Positions 28,494-37,405 of a DNA stretch of 64,000 nt are shown in pieces (position 1 is the first letter of the stretch; every line of letters begins with the position of its first letter). This stretch comes from Candidatus Fervidifonticultor quartus. GTDB taxonomy: Bacteria; Sysuimicrobiota; Sysuimicrobiia; Sysuimicrobiales; Humicultoraceae. The stretch lies in NCBI GenBank assembly GCA_031458775.1, contig JAVKJV010000008.1, forward strand, positions 3,823 to 67,822. The letters run 5' to 3'. The position numbers and the translations under genes are program-made. The notes beneath the pieces were generated by a model, which was not told the DNA's origin, did no database searches, and saw nothing but the letters and a program-made list of their open reading frames with translations.

Positions 28494-29405
28494 ATGAATC
28501 TTGCGAACACGGTCGGCCTGACGCACAAGGAGCGCGGCCCCGCGGTGACCGATCTGCAGCGCGCGCTGCTGCGGCTCGGCTACTACGGGATTCGCTTTGC
28601 CCTCGACGGCGACTACGGCCGCAACACGCTGGGCGCGGTGCTGGCGTGCAAGTACGACCTGGTCAGGGTCTACGGCGTCGCCCGCAAGGACCTGCAGTAC
28701 GCGCCCCGCGCGGGAAACCCGGGCAGTCTGAGCGCGTCCGGTGAGGTCACGCGCGTGTTCGCCGACTGTCTGCAAACGCTGGTCGCCGGCGGGACACTGC
28801 GCGGCGTGGAGGCGTGGCGGACGCCGGCGCGCGACGAGGTCGCGGACGCGGACCTCAAGGTGCGGGAGTTCCTGCTCGCCGAAGCCGCCAGGACCGCCTT
28901 CCCGGCGCAGTTGCTGTGGACGATCTTTGGCGTCGAGTCGGGCGCCAACCACTTCGATCACTTCGGCCACGTCAAATTTGGGATCGACTGGCGGGGCCGC
29001 AACTACGGCGAGACGGTGAATTTCAGCGTCGAGGGCGCGGCCGAGCCCTGGGTGCGGTCACGGGGATGGGGCCTGACGCAGTACACCCCGACGAACGTCT
29101 CGGCGCTGCCCCGTCCCATGCCCGCCTACATCAGCTCGGTGGGGGCGAACCTGCGCACGGCGATCCGGCTGTTCGTCCACAAATTCACGGCCTTCAGCAA
29201 GCGCCGCCCCTGCTCATTCCCAACGGCCGCGGCGGCGTCATACGACTGCCGGACGTGCCTGCGGTCGAAGGGATTCGACCCGGTCACCTACAGTGACGCC
29301 GTGCAACAGCCGTGTTCGTGGCTGAAGGCCGTGTGGGCATACAACGGCGTGACACCCGCCGGGCGAAGGTATATGGAGCACGTCGTGCGGAACATCATAC
29401 GGTAG
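28494..29405 (+). CDS. Peptidoglycan-binding domain plus lysozyme/SLT-like lytic transglycosylase
   Basis: GPAVTDLQRALLRLGY..DGDYG..T..AV (PG_binding_1); VES, GLTQ and AYNG correspond to SLT motifs I-III. Confidence 0.75.
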   Translation: MNLANTVGLTHKERGPAVTDLQRALLRLGYYGIRFALDGDYGRNTLGAVLACKYDLVRVYGVARKDLQYAPRAGNPGSLSASGEVTRVFADCLQTLVAGGTLRGVEAWRTPARDEVADADLKVREFLLAEAARTAFPAQLLWTIFGVESGANHFDHFGHVKFGIDWRGRNYGETVNFSVEGAAEPWVRSRGWGLTQYTPTNVSALPRPMPAYISSVGANLRTAIRLFVHKFTAFSKRRPCSFPTAAAASYDCRTCLRSKGFDPVTYSDAVQQPCSWLKAVWAYNGVTPAGRRYMEHVVRNIIR

Positions 29406-29428
29406 GATCAGCCGAAAGGAGGAGGTCT

Positions 29429-30684
29429 ATGAGGCGACGGTCGATCCTGCTCATGGTCGCAGCGGTGCTCGTCGCGACGGCATTTCCGCCGGGCGCGTGG
29501 GCTCAGGCGCCCGTGAAACTCACGTTCTGGTCGTGGCGCAGCGAGGACAAGTGGGCGTACGACAAGATGATCCAGGTGTTCGAACAGCGGAACCCGGGCA
29601 TCAAGGTGGAGTTCGTCCCGTTCCGGCAGACCGAGTACAACACGATCCTCTCGTCCGGCCTCACCGCCGGCAAGGCCGCGGACATCCTGCACCTGCGGGC
29701 CTACGGCGGCCTCGGACGTTTGCCGCACCCGGCTACCTCGCGCCGCTCGATCCGGAGCAGATTCCCGAGCTCAAGCGCTTCTCGCTCCAGACGATGGTCG
29801 GCGCCCGCAGCCGTAAGGATGGCAAGATCTACGGCGTGCCCTTCGCCACGCAGACGCTGGTGATCTTCTACAACAAGAAGATCTTCCGGCAGCACGGTGT
29901 CTCGGTCCCGAAGACCTGGGACGCGTTCCTGACCCTCATGAAGACGCTGAAGGACAAGGGTGTGACACCGCTCGCCAACGGGGCCAAGGAAGGCTGGACG
30001 CTCGAGATCCTCTCCGGCGTCATCGCGCCCAACTTCTACGGCGGCACCAACTTCTACGAGGCCGTGACGCGGGGACACACGACGTTCCGCGACCCGACGT
30101 ATACCAACGCGCTCGCCAGGATGCTCGACCTGCGGCCGTACATGCCGCAGGGCTTCATGGGCGTGGACTACGCCACGATGCAGCAGTTGTTCCTCAACGA
30201 GCAGGCCGCGATGTTCATCGGCGGCTCGTGGGAGATCGGGTTCTTCAAGCAGCAGAACAAGAACCTCGATTTCGACGTCTTCGCCGCGCCGCCCGAACGG
30301 GCCGACCAGATTCCGTGGGTGTCGTCGTTCAACGACGGCAACTACGGGATCAACGCCAAGACCCCCTACATGGACGCGGCGATGAAGTTCATCCGCTTCA
30401 CCGCCACCAAGGAGTGGGGTCAGATGTTCACCGACATGCTGGCGCAGATGTCGCCCGTGCCGGGTGTGGTCATCAAGGATCCGGTCCTGCTGCAGGTGCA
30501 GGCGATGAACCGCAAGTCCACACCGTACATCATGCTGGTCGGCTTCCGCTGGCAGGCGCCGACCGGCTCCACCCTGCTGCAGAGCGCGCTCCAGGCCATG
30601 ATGGCCGGGCAGATGACGCCGGCGCAGGTCGGCGACGAGGTGACCCGGGGGTTGAGCGCCTGGGTTGACAGCTTCCGCCGTTAG
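29429..30684 (+). pseudogene. Sugar ABC substrate-binding protein with a one-base frameshift near 29714 (pseudogene or assembly error)
   Basis: Signal peptide and NPGIKVEF in one frame; DGKIYGVPF, IFYNKKIF, PKTWD in the next frame; RAYGGL continues as TFAAPGY after the shift. Confidence 0.8.
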
Positions 30685-30695
30685 CAGCGGCGCCG

Positions 30696-30728
30696 GCCGG
30701 GGCGGGCGGCGTCGCCGCCCGCCCCGGC
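30696..30728 (+). other. GC-rich 15-bp hairpin after the binding-protein gene (mRNA stabiliser/attenuator)
   Basis: GCCGGGGCGGGCGGC-GTC-GCCGCCCGCCCCGGC, no U-tract. Confidence 0.6.
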
Positions 30729-30774
30729 GCGCGTCCATCAGCCGGTGACCCCCTCCTCTTCGCGCGGGCTCTCC

Positions 30775-31686
30775 ATGCGGGCCAGCCGCCGCCTCTGGCT
30801 CATTGTCTTCCTCGGGCCAGCGCTGGTGCTGTTCGTGGTATTCGTGACGTATCCGATCCTGTCGGCGCTCGCCTACAGCCTCTACGCCTGGGAAGGCATC
30901 GGCCGTCGCGGCTTCGCCGGTCTTGCCAACTTCGTCCGGCTGTTCCAGACGTTTCCGTACCCAAGGCTGCTTGCCGGCGCGTTCTGGCACAATGTCGTGG
31001 TGTTCGTCCTGACCATGCTGATCCAGAATGTGGTGGCCCTGGGTCTGGCCCTCCTGCTCGCCCGCGGCCCGCGGGGCGCCCGCGCCTACCGCGTCATCTT
31101 TTTCTTGCCGGTGACGCTGTCGCTCGTGATCGTTGGCTTCATGTGGGCCTTGTTCCTCAACCCGGTGTTCGGCGTCGTGAACAAGAGCCTTGCGGCCATC
31201 GGCCTGAGCGGCCTGGCGCGGCCGTGGCTCGGCGACCCGTCGACCGCGCTGGTCACGCTCACGCTGGTCAACGCTTGGCGGTGGCTCGGCTTCCCGACGC
31301 TGGTGTTCCTCGCCGGCATCAATGCAGTGCCCGACGACTACCTCGAAGCAGCGCGCATCGACGGTGCCGGCGAGACCGCGGTACTGCGCCACATCATCTT
31401 CCCGCTGCTCGCGCCCGCGGTGACGATCATCGTCACCCTGACCTTCATCGGGTCGTTCAACTGGTTTGAGCTGCCGTACGTGGTGCAGGGCGTGTCAGGG
31501 CCACCTAACCGGGCGACGGACGTACTCGGGCTGCTGTTCTACCGCACCGCGTTCGGCGAGGTGGACACGGGCCTGCAGGACATCGGGATCGGATCGGCCA
31601 TCGCGGTGCTGATGTTCATCCTCATGGCCACGGTCTCGACGCTGGGCGCCCTCTACATGCGGCGCCGCGAGGTCGAACTGGCATGA
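30775..31686 (+). CDS. Carbohydrate ABC permease
   Basis: GLANF, EAARIDGA loop, TM helices. Confidence 0.92.
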   Translation: MRASRRLWLIVFLGPALVLFVVFVTYPILSALAYSLYAWEGIGRRGFAGLANFVRLFQTFPYPRLLAGAFWHNVVVFVLTMLIQNVVALGLALLLARGPRGARAYRVIFFLPVTLSLVIVGFMWALFLNPVFGVVNKSLAAIGLSGLARPWLGDPSTALVTLTLVNAWRWLGFPTLVFLAGINAVPDDYLEAARIDGAGETAVLRHIIFPLLAPAVTIIVTLTFIGSFNWFELPYVVQGVSGPPNRATDVLGLLFYRTAFGEVDTGLQDIGIGSAIAVLMFILMATVSTLGALYMRRREVELA

Positions 31687-32510
31687 GCCGCCGGTCGCCG
31701 TGGACGCCCGCGATGCACGTGGTGCTTGTCGCCAACGCGGCGCTCGTGCTCATCCCGATCGTCCTCATGGGCCTGTCCGGCTTCAAGACGACCCGCGAGA
31801 TCTTCCAGAGCCCATTCGGGCTGCCGGCGACGTGGAGCCTGGAGAACTTCGCGAAGGTCTGGGTTGAAGCGCGGTTCGGCGCCTACTTCCAGAACAGCGT
31901 CGTGGTCACGGTCGCGTCGGCCGCCATCCTCGTCGCCTTCGGCGCCATGGCGAGTTACGCGCTCGGCCGGTTCGCATTCCGGGGCAACGAACTGCTCTAC
32001 GTCTACTTCCTGACCGGCCTGCTCCTGCCGATCCGGCTCGCGATCATTCCGCTGTTCATCCTGATGCGCAACCTGCACCTGCTGGACAGCCTGTGGTCGC
32101 TCATCCTGATCTACGCAGCATCCGGGCTCCCGAGCGCGATCTTCATCCTGACCGGGTTCTTCCGTCAGCTGCCGGCCGACCTGGACTCCGCGGCGCGCAT
32201 CGACGGCGCGGGCGAGTGGACGATCTTCACCAGGATCATGCTCCCGCTGGTGCGGCCGGCGCTCGTGATCGTGACGATCTACAACATCATCCCGATCTGG
32301 AACGACTTCTTCTTCCCGCTGGTGTTCATCAAGTCCGAAGCGCTGAAAACGCTGCCGCTGGGCATGACGACGTTCTTCGGGCAGTACTACACGGACTACG
32401 CCGCCCTGTTCGCGGGCCTGACCCTGGCCGCGCTGCCAGTCATCGCGTTGTACGTGGCGCTCTCCCAGCATTTCATCCGCGGCCTGACGGCCGGCGCGGT
32501 CAAGGGATGA
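31683..32510 (+). CDS. Carbohydrate ABC permease
   Basis: SAARIDGA, WNDFFFP, TLPLG, GLTAGAVKG. Confidence 0.92.
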   Translation: MSRRSPWTPAMHVVLVANAALVLIPIVLMGLSGFKTTREIFQSPFGLPATWSLENFAKVWVEARFGAYFQNSVVVTVASAAILVAFGAMASYALGRFAFRGNELLYVYFLTGLLLPIRLAIIPLFILMRNLHLLDSLWSLILIYAASGLPSAIFILTGFFRQLPADLDSAARIDGAGEWTIFTRIMLPLVRPALVIVTIYNIIPIWNDFFFPLVFIKSEALKTLPLGMTTFFGQYYTDYAALFAGLTLAALPVIALYVALSQHFIRGLTAGAVKG

Positions 32511-33358
32511 CGCGGATGCGGCTCGGTGTCTGCGCGTGGATCTACGGCAAAGCGCCGCTGGACGCGACGCTGGCCAGGATCGCGGCCGCGGGCTACGACG
32601 GCGTCGAACTGCCCGGCGAGCCGGACCGCTGGCAGCCGGCCGAGGTCCGCCGGCTGCTCGAGCGGTACGGTCTGGCGCCGCTCGCGTTGACCGCCTCGTG
32701 CATGTACCCCCAAACGCCCCGAGATTTGGCCAATCCGGATCCCGGTGTGCGGGCGAAGGCCGTGCAGTATGTTGTCGAATGCCTCCATTTCGCCGCAGAC
32801 GTCGGCGTCCCACTCGTCCAGATGTTACCGTCGGGCGAGACCCGGCTGGCGCCGATCGCCGCGCGCGACGACGAATGGCGGTGGTCGGTTGACGCGATGC
32901 AGCGCGCCGCCGGCGAGGCGGCGCGCTGCGGCGTACGGATCGCGGTCGAGCCGCTCAACCGCTATGAGACCTACCTGGTCACGACCGTGCACGATGCGCT
33001 GGCGTACATCCACGACGTCGGCTCGCCGTGGGTTGGGCTGACCGTGGACGTGTTCCACGCCAACATCGAAGAGCCCGACGTCGCCGGCGCGATCCGCGCC
33101 GCCGGCCCGCGCCTGTTCCACGTGCACCTCGCCGACACGAACCGGCAGGCCTTGGGCCTCGGTCATCTCGACCTCGGCGCCGTGCTGGCCGCGCTGCGAG
33201 ACGCGAGGTATCAAGGGTCGGCGGTCCTGGAGGTCACGCCGCCGGGCCCCGACCCGTTCCGTTCGATCAAAGACGACCGCTCGGCCGGCGTGCTCGACGA
33301 GTACCTAGCGGCGTCGCTGGCGCGGATCCGGGACGTGATCAGCGGCCGCGAAGGATGA
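32507..33358 (+). CDS. Sugar phosphate isomerase/epimerase (ketose 3-epimerase-like TIM barrel)
   Basis: GYDGVEL, EPLNRYE, DVFHANIEE, HVHLADTNR, final E metal ligand. Confidence 0.88.
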   Translation: MTRMRLGVCAWIYGKAPLDATLARIAAAGYDGVELPGEPDRWQPAEVRRLLERYGLAPLALTASCMYPQTPRDLANPDPGVRAKAVQYVVECLHFAADVGVPLVQMLPSGETRLAPIAARDDEWRWSVDAMQRAAGEAARCGVRIAVEPLNRYETYLVTTVHDALAYIHDVGSPWVGLTVDVFHANIEEPDVAGAIRAAGPRLFHVHLADTNRQALGLGHLDLGAVLAALRDARYQGSAVLEVTPPGPDPFRSIKDDRSAGVLDEYLAASLARIRDVISGREG

Positions 33359-33376
33359 CCGGCAATCGAATCGAAG
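33350..33376 (+). promoter_or_regulatory. SigmaH-like promoter
   Basis: GAAGGA (AGGA 33352-33355), 17 nt, GAAG (33373-33376). Confidence 0.45.
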
Positions 33377-33404
33377 CCGTAGCCGAGCCCTGAGAGGTGA
33401 CCTG

Positions 33405-33872
33405 ATGAAGACGCGACGCGTGACGCTCGTGCTGACCTTGATCGTCATCGCCGCCGTGCCCGCGGGTCTGCGGGCCGGGCCGACGCCGGCGGTCGGCGAG
33501 TGCCGGCCCCAGAGCGTCGGCGAACGGCCCAATTTGACGGCCGATGATGTCGTGAACTGCGTCGTCGGCGCCGCAAGCGCGACCCGGCTGCGCGTGAGCG
33601 CCGCGTACACGTACGCGTCGCCGCTCGGCCGGCAGAACATCTGGATGGGTCTCGACGTGCTGGCGGGCGGCAACCGTCTCAAGTGGTTCGGCTACCGGCC
33701 CGTCGCGATCACCGGGAGCAACGGCACGGCGGAGTTCGAGATCGTCTATGGCCTGAACAGCCCGCCGAAGGGGAAACTGACAACTGATCAGATCGAGTTC
33801 TTCATGTACGTGGGCGGCGGCCAGATCTTCTACCGCCGGTTGTTCAATCTCAAGCACGAGTGGCAGCTCTAG
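33405..33872 (+). CDS. Secreted hypothetical protein
   Basis: RBS GAGGTGA, signal peptide, two Cys, beta-strand-rich. Confidence 0.75.
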   Translation: MKTRRVTLVLTLIVIAAVPAGLRAGPTPAVGECRPQSVGERPNLTADDVVNCVVGAASATRLRVSAAYTYASPLGRQNIWMGLDVLAGGNRLKWFGYRPVAITGSNGTAEFEIVYGLNSPPKGKLTTDQIEFFMYVGGGQIFYRRLFNLKHEWQL

Positions 33873-33888
33873 GATCAGGGGTGTGCTC

Positions 33889-34236
33889 ATGTCACGAACC
33901 TCACTGACCATCGCCGTCGTGTTGGGCCTGGTCGCCCTCGTCGCGATCATCCTCGGCGCGGGCCAGATCGTCATGCGCGAGCTGCAGGCCACCGCGCCCG
34001 GGTCGGTCGCCCCCGCGCCCATGCCTGCCGGGCAGGGCGACGCGCCGGCCGCGGTCGCCCTCACCCCGACGCCGCTGCTCATGCGGGAGTTGATTCGCTC
34101 GGTCATGCCGGCGCTCATCAGCGTCATCCTGCTGATCCCGTCGAGCGTGGTCGTGATGTCGAAGAACCGGCCGCCGGATCACCAGCGCTGGGCGACTGCG
34201 ACGATCAGCAGCATCGTGACGTACTGGCTGACCTAG
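33889..34236 (+). CDS. Small membrane protein
   Basis: N-terminal TM, Pro/Ala linker, two C-terminal hydrophobic segments. Confidence 0.65.
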   Translation: MSRTSLTIAVVLGLVALVAIILGAGQIVMRELQATAPGSVAPAPMPAGQGDAPAAVALTPTPLLMRELIRSVMPALISVILLIPSSVVVMSKNRPPDHQRWATATISSIVTYWLT

Positions 34237-34240
34237 CCCG

Positions 34241-36142
34241 ATGATGAATCCTCGGCTGCTCCGGCGCACGCTCGAGCTGGCGACGCACTTCCTCGACACG
34301 CTGCCCGGTCGCCGCGTCGGCGCGACGGCGACGCGCGAGATGCTCCGCGCCTCGCTCGGCGGGTCGCTGCCCGACAGCGGCGAGGACCCGCTGCGGGTGA
34401 CCGAGGCCCTCGCGCAGGCCGCCGATCCCGGTCTCGTCGCGACCGCCGGCCCGCGGTATTTCGGCTTCGTGATCGGCGGGAGCGTCCCCGCGGCCCTGGC
34501 AGCCGACTGGTTGACGTCCGCCTGGGATCAAAACGCCGGCTTGTTCGTGTCGTCTCCCGCGGCCTCGGTCGTTGAGGAGATCGCGGGCGCGTGGGTGCTC
34601 GACCTGCTCGGCCTCCCCGGGGGCGCGAGCATCGGGTTTGTCACCGGCGCCACGATGGCCAACTTCACGTCGCTAGCGGCGGCGCGGCACGAGGTGCTGC
34701 GCCGCGCGGGGTGGGCGGTCGAGGAGAACGGGCTGATCGGCGCGCCCTCCGTGCACGTAGTGGTCGGCGACGAGGTGCACGTCACGGTGCTGGCGGCATT
34801 GCGGATGCTCGGGCTCGGCGCGGGCCGGGTGCATCGCGTGCCGGCCGACGCGCAGGGTCGCATGCGGGCCGACGAGCTTCGCCGGATGCTGCCGCAGTTG
34901 CGCGGCCCCCTCATCGTCTGCGCGCAGGCCGGCAACGTGAACACCGGCGCCTTCGATCCCCTCGATGAGATCGCGATCGCCGCGCACGAGCAGGGCGCGT
35001 GGGTGCACGTCGACGGCGCCTTCGGCCTCTGGGCGGCCGCGTCACCCACGCTCCGAACGCTGGTGCGGGGAAGCGAGCTGGCGGATTCATGGGCCGTCGA
35101 TGCCCACAAGTGGTTGAACGTCCCGTACGACTCCGGGCTGGCCATCGTCGCGAACCCCGCGCCGCACCGGGCGGCTATGTCCGGAACCGCCGCCTACCTG
35201 ATGCAGGCCGAGGGCGCCGAGCGTGATCCGTTCGATTGGACGCCGGAGTTCTCGCGCCGCGCGCGCGGCTTCGCCATCTACGCCGCGCTGCGCTCGCTGG
35301 GCCGTCGCGGCATCGCCGAGATGATCGAGCGATCGTGCCACCACGCCCGGCGCCTGGCCGAGGAGCTGGCGAAGACCCCGCGGGTCCAGATCCTCAACGA
35401 CGTCGTGCTCAATCAGGTGCTGGTCAGGTTCCTACCGCCCGACGCGCAGGACGCCGACGCCTTCACGCGAGCCGTGGTCGAGCGCGTCCAGCGGGACGGC
35501 ACCTGCTGGCTGGGCGGGACCATCTGGCACGGGCAGGCCGCCATGCGCGTCTCGGTCTCGGGTTGGTCGACGACCGAGGACGATATCGCCCGAACGGTGT
35601 CGGCGATCCGCTCAGCGGCGGCGGCCAGCCATGAGCCGGCCGCCCCGGAAGGAGGCGACCCGGGCAGCAGGAAACACAGGAGCAGTTCAGTCAGGGGGGT
35701 GAGCCGCGTGGCGCTGTGGCGGTCCAAGTCGGGCAAGGTCGAGTTGCTCCGCAACGTGCCGCTCTTCCGAGGGCTCTCGCAGCGCCAACTGGAGCAGGTG
35801 GTCCGGCTGGCCGACGAGGTGGAAGTTCCCGCGGGCAAGCGCCTCGCGACGGCGGGCGAGACTGGCCACGAGCTGTTCGTCATCGTACGCGGGGAAGCGG
35901 TCGTCAGGCTTCCCAACGGCCGGACGGCGCGGCTCAAGCCGGGCGAGTTCTTCGGCGAGATGAGCCTGGTGGACGGTGGCCCGCGATCGGCGCACGTCGA
36001 TGCGATCTCGCCGATGACGTTGCTGGTTATCGGGCACCGCGAGTTCTGGTCTCTGTTGAACGAGGTACCGCCGATGGCGGGCAAGATCATGCGCACGCTC
36101 TCGCAGCGTCTGCGTGACGCGGAACGGGCGCCGACGGCGTAG
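34241..36142 (+). CDS. Group II PLP-dependent decarboxylase in frame with a C-terminal cNMP-binding domain
   Basis: PRYFGFV, AGNVNTGAFD, HVDGAFG, DAHKWLNVPYD; from 35708 VPLF, GEFFGEMSL..GPRSA. Confidence 0.85.
   Translation: MMNPRLLRRTLELATHFLDTLPGRRVGATATREMLRASLGGSLPDSGEDPLRVTEALAQAADPGLVATAGPRYFGFVIGGSVPAALAADWLTSAWDQNAGLFVSSPAASVVEEIAGAWVLDLLGLPGGASIGFVTGATMANFTSLAAARHEVLRRAGWAVEENGLIGAPSVHVVVGDEVHVTVLAALRMLGLGAGRVHRVPADAQGRMRADELRRMLPQLRGPLIVCAQAGNVNTGAFDPLDEIAIAAHEQGAWVHVDGAFGLWAAASPTLRTLVRGSELADSWAVDAHKWLNVPYDSGLAIVANPAPHRAAMSGTAAYLMQAEGAERDPFDWTPEFSRRARGFAIYAALRSLGRRGIAEMIERSCHHARRLAEELAKTPRVQILNDVVLNQVLVRFLPPDAQDADAFTRAVVERVQRDGTCWLGGTIWHGQAAMRVSVSGWSTTEDDIARTVSAIRSAAAASHEPAAPEGGDPGSRKHRSSSVRGVSRVALWRSKSGKVELLRNVPLFRGLSQRQLEQVVRLADEVEVPAGKRLATAGETGHELFVIVRGEAVVRLPNGRTARLKPGEFFGEMSLVDGGPRSAHVDAISPMTLLVIGHREFWSLLNEVPPMAGKIMRTLSQRLRDAERAPTA
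35648..35674 (+). promoter_or_regulatory. Internal sigmaH-like promoter ahead of the cNMP domain
   Basis: GAAGGA (AGGA 35650-35653), 17 nt, GAAA (35671-35674), then RBS AGGGGGGTGA and GTG 35708. Confidence 0.45.
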
Positions 36143-36179
36143 AGGGACCGGCAGGCGACGCGAAGACCCCGGGCATGCC

Positions 36180-36515
36180 GTGACGGCACCGCAGACCTCG
36201 CCGGCGCGCGGCCGCGCGACTGGCCGCGGGCTCGCCTCCCTGGCGGCCGCGCTCCTGGCGTTTGCGGCCAGCCAGCATCACAACCTGCACATGGTGATCA
36301 TCGCGCTCGGCGCGGGCAGCGCCGGATCGACGCTCATGCAGGGCTACCCGATGGTGCGCCGGGCGATGCTGCTGGTCTCGATTGGCGTCGTGGCGCTGAA
36401 CCTGCGTTCCCTGCGGCGGCGCCCGCCGTCCCCGGGCATGCGATGGTGGATTCTGGGCGTCTCGGCCCTGACGCTCGCGCTGGTCATCTGGTCCACCGCC
36501 CGCTTCGGACTCTAG
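36180..36515 (+). CDS. Three-helix membrane protein, MerT-like layout with His motif
   Basis: LAFAASQHHNLHMVIIALGAG, YPMVR, three hydrophobic segments. Confidence 0.65.
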   Translation: MTAPQTSPARGRATGRGLASLAAALLAFAASQHHNLHMVIIALGAGSAGSTLMQGYPMVRRAMLLVSIGVVALNLRSLRRRPPSPGMRWWILGVSALTLALVIWSTARFGL

Positions 36516-36533
36516 GTCAGGCAAGGAGGACAC

Positions 36534-37373
36534 ATGCGCATCTATCTCTCGGTCGACATGGAGGGCATCACGGGCGTGGCGGCCGCCAAGCACGTGCAGC
36601 CGGGCGAGCGCGACTACGATCGGTTCCGCAAGCTGATGACGCAGGACGCCAACGCCGCGATCGAGGGCGCGCTCGCCACGGGTGCGACCGAGGTCGTGGT
36701 GAGCGACGGCCACGGCCCGATGACGAACCTCTTGATCGAAGAGCTCCATCCGGCGGCGCGCCTGATGAGCGGCAGCAACAAGCTGCTCGGCCAGATGGAG
36801 GGCATCGACGGCGGGTTCGACGCGGCCTTCCTCGTCGGGTATCACCAGCGCGAGGGCGGCGGCGATGGGATCCTGAACCACACGTTCATCGGCCGCGTTG
36901 TCTACGAGGTGCGCATCAACGGCGACCCGGCCGACGAGGCGGCGGTCAACACCGGGCTGGCCGGTGCGTTCGGTGTGCCGGTGGCGCTGGTGACCGGCGA
37001 TCAGACCGTCTGCGCAGACGCCGAGCGCCGTATCCCCGGCGTCGTCACCGCGCCGGTCAAGGAGGCGTTCGATCGCTACGTGGGTTTGAGCCTGACACCG
37101 GAGCGGTCGCGGGCGCTGATTCGCGAGCGCGCCACCGAGGCGGTCCGCGCGGTGCAGGCCGGCCGCATCGTCGCACGCCGGCCGCCGTCGCCGGTGACGT
37201 TCGAGATCGACTTCAAGCGGACCGCGCCGGCCCACATGGCCACCCTGTTCCCCGGCGTCGAGCGCCGGGGTCCCCGCACCATCGCCATCACCGACACCGA
37301 CTACGTCCGCGCCTTCAAGCTGGCCTGGGGGTGCATGATCGTCGCAATGGCGTCGGCGGAGGGGATCCTATAG
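36534..37373 (+). CDS. dppA: D-aminopeptidase, peptidase M55
   Basis: SVDMEGITG, SDGHG, VGYH, LNHT, VTGD; RBS AAGGAGG. Confidence 0.92.
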   Translation: MRIYLSVDMEGITGVAAAKHVQPGERDYDRFRKLMTQDANAAIEGALATGATEVVVSDGHGPMTNLLIEELHPAARLMSGSNKLLGQMEGIDGGFDAAFLVGYHQREGGGDGILNHTFIGRVVYEVRINGDPADEAAVNTGLAGAFGVPVALVTGDQTVCADAERRIPGVVTAPVKEAFDRYVGLSLTPERSRALIRERATEAVRAVQAGRIVARRPPSPVTFEIDFKRTAPAHMATLFPGVERRGPRTIAITDTDYVRAFKLAWGCMIVAMASAEGIL

Positions 37374-37405
37374 CGGGCGCCGGAGAGTAGGCGCCGCCAG
37401 CGGTC

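Noticed and set aside
28494-29405. Prophage interpretation of the endolysin-like gene
   Set aside because: No holin, structural, integrase or replication genes nearby
29700-29730. Programmed frameshift in the binding-protein gene
   Set aside because: No slippery sequence or obvious stimulatory structure
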